Assembly: GCA_000166095.1 (NCBI GenBank)
Contig: CP002278.1
Span: forward strand, 1,020,001 to 1,052,000
Direction of reading: 5' to 3'
DNA length: 32,000 nucleotides
DNA from: Methanothermus fervidus DSM 2088
Lineage (GTDB): Archaea; Methanobacteriota; Methanobacteria; DSM-2088; Methanothermaceae
Shown here: positions 8,027 through 15,963 of the stretch, in pieces
How the letters are laid out: every line of letters starts with the position of its first letter
Position numbering within the stretch: the stretch's first letter is position 1
Position numbers and translations under genes: made by a program
Notes under the pieces: model-generated
What the model saw: only the letters and a program-made list of their open reading frames with translations
Told to the model about the DNA's origin: nothing
Databases searched by the model: none

Positions 8027-10294
8027 TTGAAGTTAGTGGGATTAATTCTAGTGAGCTTAGTCATACTAAGTCTCAATGGAGTGAACGCCCAGGCAAATAC
8101 AACTTTACAAAACACAACAACATCATACAACTCCTCTATCAGTGTAAATGCAGTGTGGGTAAAAGCATGGGACATGGAAAAAATGAATTTCACATCGGTG
8201 AAACATAAAAACATAACAGATGTTTTCCTTGAGCAGCAGGCATTTGAAAAACCAAAATTCCAAAACTCCACAAAAGAATTCATAAACAAGGCCAAGAATG
8301 AAAATATAAGAGTCCATGCATGGATAATGTGCTTAAGGCAAAACAATACATGGATAGACCCAGTTAAGCACCCTGAAATCAAAGATGTGCTAGTTCAGAA
8401 GGCAACTAAGTATATAAAGGAATACAACGTTGATGGAATACACCTAGATTACATAAGATATCCAGGAAATGCACCAAAGAATGGTACAGATATAATAGCA
8501 GATATAGTTAAGTATGTATATGAATCAGTGAAGAAGATAAAGCCAAATGCATTAGTTTCAGCAGCAGTTATGCCAGAAATGTGGGCTAACTATATATATG
8601 GCCAAGATTACACAAATATGTCAAGATATCTAGACTTCATTGTTCCAATGGCTTACAAAGGTAACTACAATGAAACAACTGAGTGGATAGGGAAAGTAAC
8701 TAGATATGTTGTTGAGCATTCATTAAAGCCAGTTGTCACAGGAATACTTGCATATAGATCAGATAAAAATCCTGTTAAGTTGCCAGCAAGTGAACTAGTC
8801 CAAGATATCAGGGCTGCATTGGAGAATGGTGCCAGTGGATTTGCTATATTCCACTATGGAATAATAGATAAGAAATTTTTCATGGATAATCCAATTGATG
8901 TCAGTATAAATCAAATAAAGGATGCTGCAGCTAGAGTAACCAAATTTATTGATGTAAACAACAGACTACCTAGATATGTAAAAATTGGTAACCAGGAAAT
9001 ATCCATTGCACAGTACCTATATCTTGTAGCTACTGCACTTAAACAAGGACTTAAAGGAACTGTAACAGTGATTAACGTTGACAATCCTGATAATTCAACA
9101 GTAATGGCTTTAAAAGGTAATATCAAAAAGAACGAGTACCTATCCTTAGCAAAAAGAGTTTCAGACTTTATAGAGTCATATGAAAAAGCACCTAATTTTG
9201 CTACATTTAAAAACCAAAAAATTTCGTTTGAACAATTAGTCGCCTTATTCTCTAAAGCCATAGCTAACAACTTACCTAGTTATATAAGTCTAGAGAAATT
9301 AAATGGCATAAAGTCAGGATATTCAGCATTTAGCGCTGGCAATCCATTAAACTACACCCGTATAGACACCACCATTAACAATCCAATAATCACAGTCTCA
9401 GACATACTTGATGCAGCAGCTAGAGTTAAAAAATTCATAGATACAAACCAAAGATTACCAAAAACAATAAAATTGGCCAACCAACAAATAAAACCTGCAC
9501 AGTTCTTATATTTAGCATGCAAAGTTATTACTGGCGACACATCAGCATTGTCTATACCAAACATGGCTGAAGCCATAAATGGAGACTCATTAACAACAAT
9601 AACATTGCCAAAAGACAAGTATGTTGATGTAGCAAGTAAGGTCATTAAATTCATGGATACAAACGGAAAAGCTCCCAATTTTGCAACAGTAGATGGAACA
9701 AAAATATATTACAAAGACTTAGTTTACATGGCAGCAAAGATACTAAACTTTTACAAAGATAAAAACAGACTACCAAATTATGTAACAATAGATCCAGACA
9801 TTACATCAAGACCTGAAAATACACCATACAGAGGTGAAGATATATCACAATACCTTAGAGCAACAGCAAATTGTCAAGTCAATGACCCAAGAATACAAAG
9901 TCTAGCTAAAGAATTAACAGCAAATGCTGCAAATGACTGGGAAAAAGCATCAAATATATTCAATTGGGTAAGAGATAACATAGATTACAGTTTCTACTAC
10001 AACACAATGAAAGGCGCAGTAGGAACTTTATTAACAAGGAAAGCAAACTGTTGTGACCATGCACATCTCTGTGTAGCATTATTCAGGGCAGCAGGACTCC
10101 CAGCAAGATATGTACATGGATATTGCCAATTTGTATCAGGAAACTGGTATGGACATGTCTGGGCTGAAGTATTAATTAATGGAGTATGGTATGCGGCAGA
10201 TGCAACAGCATTTTGTAATAGTTTAGGCGTTGTGAAAAACTGGAACCCAACTACAGCTACAATATATGGAAGATACGCAAGCCTACCTTTCTAA
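8027..10294 (+). CDS. Secreted three-module pseudomurein-associated protein: glycoside-hydrolase-like TIM barrel, 4 pseudomurein-binding-type repeats, and a C-terminal transglutaminase/Pei-like cysteine protease domain
   Basis: 755 aa with a TTG start. Signal peptide MKLVGLILVSLVILSLNGVNAQA. N-terminal domain carries the motif DGIHLDYIRYP (GHL/DUF4015-type D-Y-I-R-[YF]-P). Repeats read IKDAAARVTKFIDVNNRLPRYV and ILDAAARVKKFIDTNQRLPKTI. The C-terminus has a Cys-His-Asp set (KANCCDHAHL, GHVWAEV, AADAT). The start is uncertain because the SD is 20 nt away; an in-frame ATT at 8012 is 5 nt after the SD. Confidence 0.85.
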   Translation: MKLVGLILVSLVILSLNGVNAQANTTLQNTTTSYNSSISVNAVWVKAWDMEKMNFTSVKHKNITDVFLEQQAFEKPKFQNSTKEFINKAKNENIRVHAWIMCLRQNNTWIDPVKHPEIKDVLVQKATKYIKEYNVDGIHLDYIRYPGNAPKNGTDIIADIVKYVYESVKKIKPNALVSAAVMPEMWANYIYGQDYTNMSRYLDFIVPMAYKGNYNETTEWIGKVTRYVVEHSLKPVVTGILAYRSDKNPVKLPASELVQDIRAALENGASGFAIFHYGIIDKKFFMDNPIDVSINQIKDAAARVTKFIDVNNRLPRYVKIGNQEISIAQYLYLVATALKQGLKGTVTVINVDNPDNSTVMALKGNIKKNEYLSLAKRVSDFIESYEKAPNFATFKNQKISFEQLVALFSKAIANNLPSYISLEKLNGIKSGYSAFSAGNPLNYTRIDTTINNPIITVSDILDAAARVKKFIDTNQRLPKTIKLANQQIKPAQFLYLACKVITGDTSALSIPNMAEAINGDSLTTITLPKDKYVDVASKVIKFMDTNGKAPNFATVDGTKIYYKDLVYMAAKILNFYKDKNRLPNYVTIDPDITSRPENTPYRGEDISQYLRATANCQVNDPRIQSLAKELTANAANDWEKASNIFNWVRDNIDYSFYYNTMKGAVGTLLTRKANCCDHAHLCVALFRAAGLPARYVHGYCQFVSGNWYGHVWAEVLINGVWYAADATAFCNSLGVVKNWNPTTATIYGRYASLPF
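8906..9785 (+). repeat. Intragenic protein-coding repeats: four pseudomurein-binding-type modules arranged A-B-A-B with a period of about 163 aa (about 489 nt)
   Basis: A1 is aligned on D299 (nt 8921) and A2 on D462 (nt 9410). B1 starts at EYLSLAKRVSDFIESYEKAPNFATF (nt 9134) and B2 at KYVDVASKVIKFMDTNGKAPNFATV (nt 9617). The nucleotide copies are clearly diverged. Confidence 0.75.
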
Positions 10295-10295
10295 A

Positions 10296-10324
10296 TTCTT
10301 TTTTAATTTATTTTTTTATTTTTT
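10296..10324 (+). terminator. Archaeal oligo-T termination region
   Basis: Directly after TAA 10292-10294 there are T6 (10299-10304), T7 (10311-10317) and T6 (10319-10324) runs. Multiple T-runs are the usual archaeal intrinsic termination signal. Confidence 0.5.
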
Positions 10325-10420
10325 ACAAAAATAAATTTAATTCTTCATAAATATATTTATAATGATTAATCATAATAAATTATATATACTTCTTTTGCAC
10401 TACAAGTTTTTGTGATTAAG

Positions 10421-11140
10421 ATGTCTTTAAGATCTGTAAGATATTCTAAAAAATATTCAAGAGTCGTCATATATACAGAAGGATGTGTTTTCAATTGTAA
10501 GGGATGTTCTTATAAGGCAAAGATAAACAGGAATAGAATTAAGAAAAGAAATATCACAATTGACAAAATTAAAAAAATTTTGAAAATTTTTGATCCTAAG
10601 TACCTACATTTTGTTGGAGGTGAACCTCTTCATACACCGGAGGTATATGATATAGCTAATTTTTCTAGGAGATTAGGAATTAAAAATGTTATAGGACATT
10701 CAACAGGATGGTATCTTCCATCAAATGATTTCGATAAAATAAACATAACAATAAAGTCCTACAACAGTGAAATTCATAAGGAGTATACTGGCTACTCTAA
10801 TAAAAGAATTTTGAGAAATTTCAAAAAATGTTATGAACTTGGCTTAAAGATTAAAGCAAGTACGGTTTTTATACCATCATTTATAGATGAAGAAGAAATT
10901 AAAAAAATTGCAAAATTTATAAGCAAAATTGATTCTTCAATACCTCTCCATATAACTGGCTACATTCCTATGCCAGGTACTCCTTGGAGAGCTCCAACCC
11001 AAAAAGAAATGGAAAACGTTGTAAAGATAACCAAAAAATACCTTAAAAATGTTACTTATTCTCTTTATAAAAATGTTGAAGAATACAGTAAGATGATAAG
11101 AGAAAATCCCCAATATCAAAGTGTTGAGATATTAGCATAA
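10421..11140 (+). CDS. Small radical SAM protein, PflA/NrdG activase-like
   Basis: Cx3Cx2C cluster motif in YTEGCVFNCKGCSY, plus the SAM-binding-like HFVGGEPL. ATG 10421 (MSLRS) is preceded by GTGAT. The track start GTG 10412 is the alternative. Confidence 0.75.
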   Translation: MSLRSVRYSKKYSRVVIYTEGCVFNCKGCSYKAKINRNRIKKRNITIDKIKKILKIFDPKYLHFVGGEPLHTPEVYDIANFSRRLGIKNVIGHSTGWYLPSNDFDKINITIKSYNSEIHKEYTGYSNKRILRNFKKCYELGLKIKASTVFIPSFIDEEEIKKIAKFISKIDSSIPLHITGYIPMPGTPWRAPTQKEMENVVKITKKYLKNVTYSLYKNVEEYSKMIRENPQYQSVEILA

Positions 11141-11141
11141 A

Positions 11142-12494
11142 TCATCTTGATTCATTTTTTGAAAATGAAATTAACAGTATACCAATTATTGATAGGAATA
11201 AGAAAACTAGCATTGATAATTCCATAACTGTTGTAAAGACTGGACCATTCACTTTAGCCCCTGTTTTTGAATAGAAATGTAATATAGAGATAATTACACC
11301 CATACCAGTACATTGTCCAACAACTCTAAAGGTACTTAATGTTGCTGATGCAACACCGAAAAATCTTTTTTTAACAGAACTCATGACCATGTTTGTATTT
11401 GATGGTGAAAATAGTGCAAATCCAGATCCCATTAAAAATAAACCTAAATATAATAACATTTCATTCTTTTGCATAGAGAATAATATGAAAGTAGTTATAG
11501 CAGTTGCTATAGATAGCATTCCTCCAGCTGCTACATATCTAGGGTTCAACTTATCTGAAAGTCTTCCTCCAAGAGGTGCCAGTGTAGCAATAGTAACTGG
11601 TTGAAGTGATAGAACTAGACCTGTTTTTTGTGGACTAAATCCCTGAAATGATTGTAAATAATAACTTAAAAGAAATGTAATAGGATAAGCAGCAGTGTAA
11701 GTGACTAACATTGCAAGTCCATTCCAGCTAAATTCACGTTTTTTCAATATTTTAGGATTAAAAACTGGGTCATCTACTCTATTTTCATAATTGTAAAGTA
11801 AGAAACTTAAGACACTGCCTAGAGAAACAAATAATAATCCCTGGGTTTCATATAATGAAGATACTCCTAATAATAAAAATATAAATGAAAATGCTAAAAA
11901 ATTAGAACCTTTAACATCGAAATCTTCTCCTTTTGCTTCTCTCCAGTCACCTTTTATCATTAAAGTTGCATAGCCACAAAGAATTGCAAGAGGAACATTG
12001 AAATAAAAAACCCCTCTCCATCCAAAATATTGGGTTAAAAATCCACCAATAGTAACACCTGAAAATAATCCCAAATAACTTCCAGTAGAAGATAATCCAA
12101 ATGCTCGTCCTCTTTTGTGTTTAGGAAATATAGATGCCAAAATAGCATTCACATTACTAAAAATCATTGCACTGCCAATACCTTGTAAAATCCTGAAAAA
12201 TATTATGGTTTCTCCTGTAGCTGAAATTCCAGCTAAAGCAGAAGAAATTGTAAATATAGTTATACCTAGCTGAAATATTCTTTTTCTACCATATATGTCT
12301 CCAAGTCTACCCATAGGTATTAACAAAGCTGCAAGAGTCATTAGGTAGGATGTAGGTATCCAACTGAGTATTGATGCTGAAACTCCTAATTCACGACCTA
12401 TTTCAGGTAGGGCTATATTTATAGAAGAGGTCACAAATGGCGTTAAAAAAGGCCCTACCAATGCTATTATTATTGCATATATGGATCTAGACAT
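11142..12494 (-). CDS. MFS transporter (drug:H+ antiporter-like)
   Basis: 450 aa, hydrophobic throughout. MFS motif A is GRLGDIYGRKRIF, located between predicted TM2 and TM3. Confidence 0.8.
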   Translation of the reverse strand: MSRSIYAIIIALVGPFLTPFVTSSINIALPEIGRELGVSASILSWIPTSYLMTLAALLIPMGRLGDIYGRKRIFQLGITIFTISSALAGISATGETIIFFRILQGIGSAMIFSNVNAILASIFPKHKRGRAFGLSSTGSYLGLFSGVTIGGFLTQYFGWRGVFYFNVPLAILCGYATLMIKGDWREAKGEDFDVKGSNFLAFSFIFLLLGVSSLYETQGLLFVSLGSVLSFLLYNYENRVDDPVFNPKILKKREFSWNGLAMLVTYTAAYPITFLLSYYLQSFQGFSPQKTGLVLSLQPVTIATLAPLGGRLSDKLNPRYVAAGGMLSIATAITTFILFSMQKNEMLLYLGLFLMGSGFALFSPSNTNMVMSSVKKRFFGVASATLSTFRVVGQCTGMGVIISILHFYSKTGAKVNGPVFTTVMELSMLVFLFLSIIGILLISFSKNESR

Positions 12495-12618
12495 ATGGTG
12501 TTTGTTCCTCCTGTAGGAACAATAACTTATCTAACCATTATATAAATGTTTCGTTTTATGATAATCAAACAAAAAATTAATAAAAAATTATAATCTTTAG
12601 GGAATGTAACATTTATTA

Positions 12619-13110
12619 ATGGAAATATTAGATGCATCTGCAATCATCTGCGGTTATAAACCAAAGAAAAAAGCATTTACAATTCCTGAAGTAACATCAG
12701 AAATTAAAGATATAAGATCAAAACAATTTTTAAATTCTTTATTAAAGAAAAGAATTCTGGAAATAAAAGACGTAGATGAAAAAACTATTAAAGATACAAA
12801 GAAAATTTTAAGAAAGATAGCTGATATCTCAAAATTATCATTCACTGACATAAAACTTATTTCCCTGGCAATCTCCATTCATAAAAAAGGTGAAAATGTT
12901 GTGGTTGTTACAGATGATTATATGGTGCAAAATGCTTTAAAGATACTTAAAATTCCTTTTATTAGTTTATTAAGTCAGGGTATTAAACAGGTGTACAGAT
13001 GGGTGAAAATATGTACTGGTTGTAAAAAAATATATCCTGAAGAATATAAGGGTAAAGATTGTGAGATATGTGGGTCACCAATTGTAAAGAAAAGAATTAG
13101 CAAAAATTAA
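12619..13110 (+). CDS. nob1: Nob1-like PIN-domain endonuclease with C-terminal zinc ribbon (small-subunit pre-rRNA 3'-end processing)
   Basis: 163 aa. PIN acidic residues occur in MEILDASAIICGY and VVVTDDYMVQN. The zinc ribbon is CTGC-x16-CEIC. Size and layout match archaeal Nob1. Confidence 0.7.
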   Translation: MEILDASAIICGYKPKKKAFTIPEVTSEIKDIRSKQFLNSLLKKRILEIKDVDEKTIKDTKKILRKIADISKLSFTDIKLISLAISIHKKGENVVVVTDDYMVQNALKILKIPFISLLSQGIKQVYRWVKICTGCKKIYPEEYKGKDCEICGSPIVKKRISKN

Positions 13111-13111
13111 T

Positions 13112-13654
13112 TTATTTCTCTAGTAATTTTTGCACTTCATTTGCCTTCATCACTTTACAACCAAGTATTTCTTTCATATATTTTAATGCCCATTCATGAT
13201 CTTCATTACTTAATGCACTTACTCCATCTTCAACAATTATCACGTCATACCTAGCATAATACGCATCTATCGCTGTATGAAATACACATATATGTGTATG
13301 TATTCCTGTTAACACCAAAGTATCAATATTTAAATCTCTTAAAATATAATCTAGACCTGTTTCTCTAAAACCGCTGTATGACCTCTTATACAAAACTATA
13401 TCCTTATCTTCAGGTTTTAATTCATCAATTATTTCACTTTCCGGACTTTCTGCCATTGCATGAGGGCCCCATATCTTTAGTTCATGATCAAAATGGAAAT
13501 GCTTGTCAGCAAGATATATAATTGGTATTTTATTTTCTCTTGCAACTTTGATTAATTCTTTTATAACTGGTATTATTTTTCTTGATTCTGGACTACTAAG
13601 TTTCCCATGTACAAATTCTTCCAACATGTCAATTATCAGAAGTGCTATTTTCAC
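13112..13654 (-). CDS. Isochorismatase-family cysteine hydrolase (nicotinamidase-like)
   Basis: Asp-Lys-Cys signature: ALLIIDM, LYKRSYSGF, TGIHTHICVFHTAIDA. The likely start is GTG 13654 (MKIALLIIDM), preceded by GGTGAT. The track start TTG 13684 would add an unlikely hydrophobic extension. Confidence 0.75.
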   Translation of the reverse strand: MKIALLIIDMLEEFVHGKLSSPESRKIIPVIKELIKVARENKIPIIYLADKHFHFDHELKIWGPHAMAESPESEIIDELKPEDKDIVLYKRSYSGFRETGLDYILRDLNIDTLVLTGIHTHICVFHTAIDAYYARYDVIIVEDGVSALSNEDHEWALKYMKEILGCKVMKANEVQKLLEK

Positions 13655-13791
13655 AATAATCACCCAAAAATATTCAAGCAACAACTTTTAAACAAATTTT
13701 AATAATAATTTTTATTTCAACCTTTCAAACTTATAAATGTAAAATAAAAATATTACTAACTATAAATAAAATATTATCATTGCGGGATAGA

Positions 13792-14901
13792 ATGTTAAAG
13801 ATAGGCGTTGTTGTCCATGGCCCACACATCATAGATACAGGATATGCATTAAAAATAATCAAACTTCTAGAAAGGTATGGGAAAGTAAAGGCCGTACTTG
13901 GTGGAACAATGGGTAGAACGGCAGTGTATGATGCACATCTTGAGAATATTATAGATATATCAAAAAAAAGGTTGCCAAGTGAATCTATAGATATGTTAGC
14001 AAAAGAATGTGACTTTGTATTCCTATTAGATTATGGAAAGTCAAAAATTACTGGTCATGCATTTGGATATAAGGTTTTTAAAAAATTAAAAACAAATCCT
14101 AAATTAATACAAATTGAAAGACCTGGAGAAAAGGATGGCACCATCATCGTATGGAACAAAAAAGCTGAAAATTTTGCAAAAAAAATTGCTAAAAAATTAA
14201 AATTAAAGTTAGTTAAAAAAGAAGACGTTGAAAAGGAGATAAAAGGTAAAATAATCTATGAAAAAAATGGAAAAAAATATAGGAGAGTATTGGGGGTTTC
14301 AAAAGGAGAAAACATATTTGTTAATGGGATCGTCGTTGGAAAAGCAAAATCTGATGAAGTGACTTTAGTTGCTAAAAATGGCATCATCATTGATATAATA
14401 GGTGGGAAATTGAAAAAACATGGAGTAGAAAAATTAGGGAAAGTAGATTTAGAAAAAGCAATAATAAAAACAGGTCTTTTAAGAAGATCAGAAGTAAAAG
14501 CACGAAAAGTTATAAAACGAAAATCTAAAAAAGAATTTAATGTAGGATTTTTAGATCACGCTGCTGAAGATGTATACCAATTAAAAAATTGTGATGTTGT
14601 TGTAACAATTGGAGATGATACTACATTAGTAGCATCTGATATTTTATATAGGTTTGATGTCCCTGTTATTGGAATAACTGATGGAGATGTTGATAAAGTT
14701 GTTAAAAAAGGTTTTAAAAATCCAGGATCCATGATTATAGAAGTTGAAAAAGGATGGGATGACAAGATAGGTAAGATAATCTTGTCAAAAATATTTAAAA
14801 ACAAAAAATACATTAAAATTAAAAATATTAATAAGTTAAAAAGAAAAATTCAAGAAATTATCAACAAGATGAACATAAAATATAATATAAAAGAATTTTG
14901 A
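13792..14901 (+). CDS. Conserved archaeal protein of unknown function. First gene of the methanogenesis-marker operon.
   Basis: 369 aa from ATG 13792 (MLKIGVVVHGP), or 373 aa from TTG 13780. Two globular parts are joined by a Lys-rich linker (KKAENFAKKIAKKLKLKLVKKEDVEKEIKGK). The C-terminal part has VVVTIGDDTTLVASD and PVIGITDGDVD. The gene ends 9 nt before mmp2. I cannot place it in a named family with confidence; it may be DUF2117-like. Confidence 0.6.
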   Translation: MLKIGVVVHGPHIIDTGYALKIIKLLERYGKVKAVLGGTMGRTAVYDAHLENIIDISKKRLPSESIDMLAKECDFVFLLDYGKSKITGHAFGYKVFKKLKTNPKLIQIERPGEKDGTIIVWNKKAENFAKKIAKKLKLKLVKKEDVEKEIKGKIIYEKNGKKYRRVLGVSKGENIFVNGIVVGKAKSDEVTLVAKNGIIIDIIGGKLKKHGVEKLGKVDLEKAIIKTGLLRRSEVKARKVIKRKSKKEFNVGFLDHAAEDVYQLKNCDVVVTIGDDTTLVASDILYRFDVPVIGITDGDVDKVVKKGFKNPGSMIIEVEKGWDDKIGKIILSKIFKNKKYIKIKNINKLKRKIQEIINKMNIKYNIKEF

Positions 14902-14910
14902 GGTGTAGAA

Positions 14911-15888
14911 TTGGACCTAAATAACCTTGTAAAATCTATCAAAAATTTTGAAGGAGTAACACGAAAAAAATCAATAAGCAAGTTACTTTCAATATTAGGA
15001 AACTCTGATAAGATCTCAGGCCATACATACTTAAGTTATGGAGACGATGCAGCAGCAATAAAACTTGGAAATGGAAAGCTATTATTGTTAGCTGCAGATG
15101 GAATATGGGACAAACTTATGAAAGCAGATCCTTATTGGGCAGGATATTGTTCAGTGTTAGTTAATGTCAATGACATTGCTGCTATGGGTGGAGAACCACT
15201 AGCAATGGTAAATGTTCTGTCTATTAAAGACGAAAACACTTGTTTTAAAGTAATGGAAGGTGTAAGAGAAGGAGCAAAAAAATTTGGAGTCCCAATGGTT
15301 GGTGGTCATTTACATCCTGCAACACCATACAATGTATTAGATGTTTCAATAGTTGGTATAGTATCTGAAGATTCTGTAATTACAAGTCATAATGCAAAAA
15401 TTGGAGATAAAATAATCATTGCTATAGATCTTGATGGAAACATCCATCCAAACTTTCCATTAGCATGGGACACTACAACACATAAGAATTCAAAATTAGT
15501 GAGAGCTCAAATAAAAGCAATGAAAAAAATAGCCTCTAAAAAGCTTGTAAATGCTGGGAAAGACATTAGCAATCCTGGAACGATTGGAACATTGGGAATG
15601 ATGCTAGAAGCATCCAATACAGGGGCAATTGTTGAATTAGATAAAATACCTAGAAATGAATCTGTTGAATGGGAAAGATGGTTAAAACTTTATCCTGGTT
15701 CTGGATTTGTATTTAGTTGTCCAGAAGAATGTGTTGAAGAATGCATAGAAATCTTAAGTAAAGTAAATTTAACAGCTAATGTTGTTGGCGAAATAATCCC
15801 TGACAGAAAACTGTATCTTAAATACAAAAATACCAAAAAAATCGTTTTTGATTTTAGGAAAGAATATATAGTAGGTCTTAGATCTTAA
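14911..15888 (+). CDS. Methanogenesis marker protein 2 (PurM/ThiL/HypE/SelD-superfamily ATP-utilising enzyme)
   Basis: 325 aa with a TTG start, 5 nt after GAGGTG. It has the AIR-synthase-related signature SYGDDAAAIKLGNGKLLLLAADGIW and sits in mmp operon context. Confidence 0.75.
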   Translation: MDLNNLVKSIKNFEGVTRKKSISKLLSILGNSDKISGHTYLSYGDDAAAIKLGNGKLLLLAADGIWDKLMKADPYWAGYCSVLVNVNDIAAMGGEPLAMVNVLSIKDENTCFKVMEGVREGAKKFGVPMVGGHLHPATPYNVLDVSIVGIVSEDSVITSHNAKIGDKIIIAIDLDGNIHPNFPLAWDTTTHKNSKLVRAQIKAMKKIASKKLVNAGKDISNPGTIGTLGMMLEASNTGAIVELDKIPRNESVEWERWLKLYPGSGFVFSCPEECVEECIEILSKVNLTANVVGEIIPDRKLYLKYKNTKKIVFDFRKEYIVGLRS

Positions 15889-15963
15889 AATATATTATGA
15901 AAGAGTTAATTAGGGATAATGTTAATATCTATTTCTCAAAATTTGTGAGCAGAGGGATATAAT

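Noticed and set aside
8188-8203. A parS-like inverted repeat, TTTCAC-ATCG-GTGAAA, considered as a possible centromere for the ParA system
   Set aside because: Bacterial parS has no 4-nt spacer. The arms are only 6 bp. The site lies inside an unrelated coding region 15 kb from parA, and the partner protein lacks a ParB HTH. It is most likely chance.
7867-8382. A 171-aa minus-strand ORF spanning the leader and 5' end of the 8027 gene
   Set aside because: It is antisense to a strongly supported secreted-protein gene. It has Cys/Phe/His-rich low-complexity composition, no SD and no recognisable motif. It runs through the promoter and hairpin region, so it is most likely a shadow ORF.
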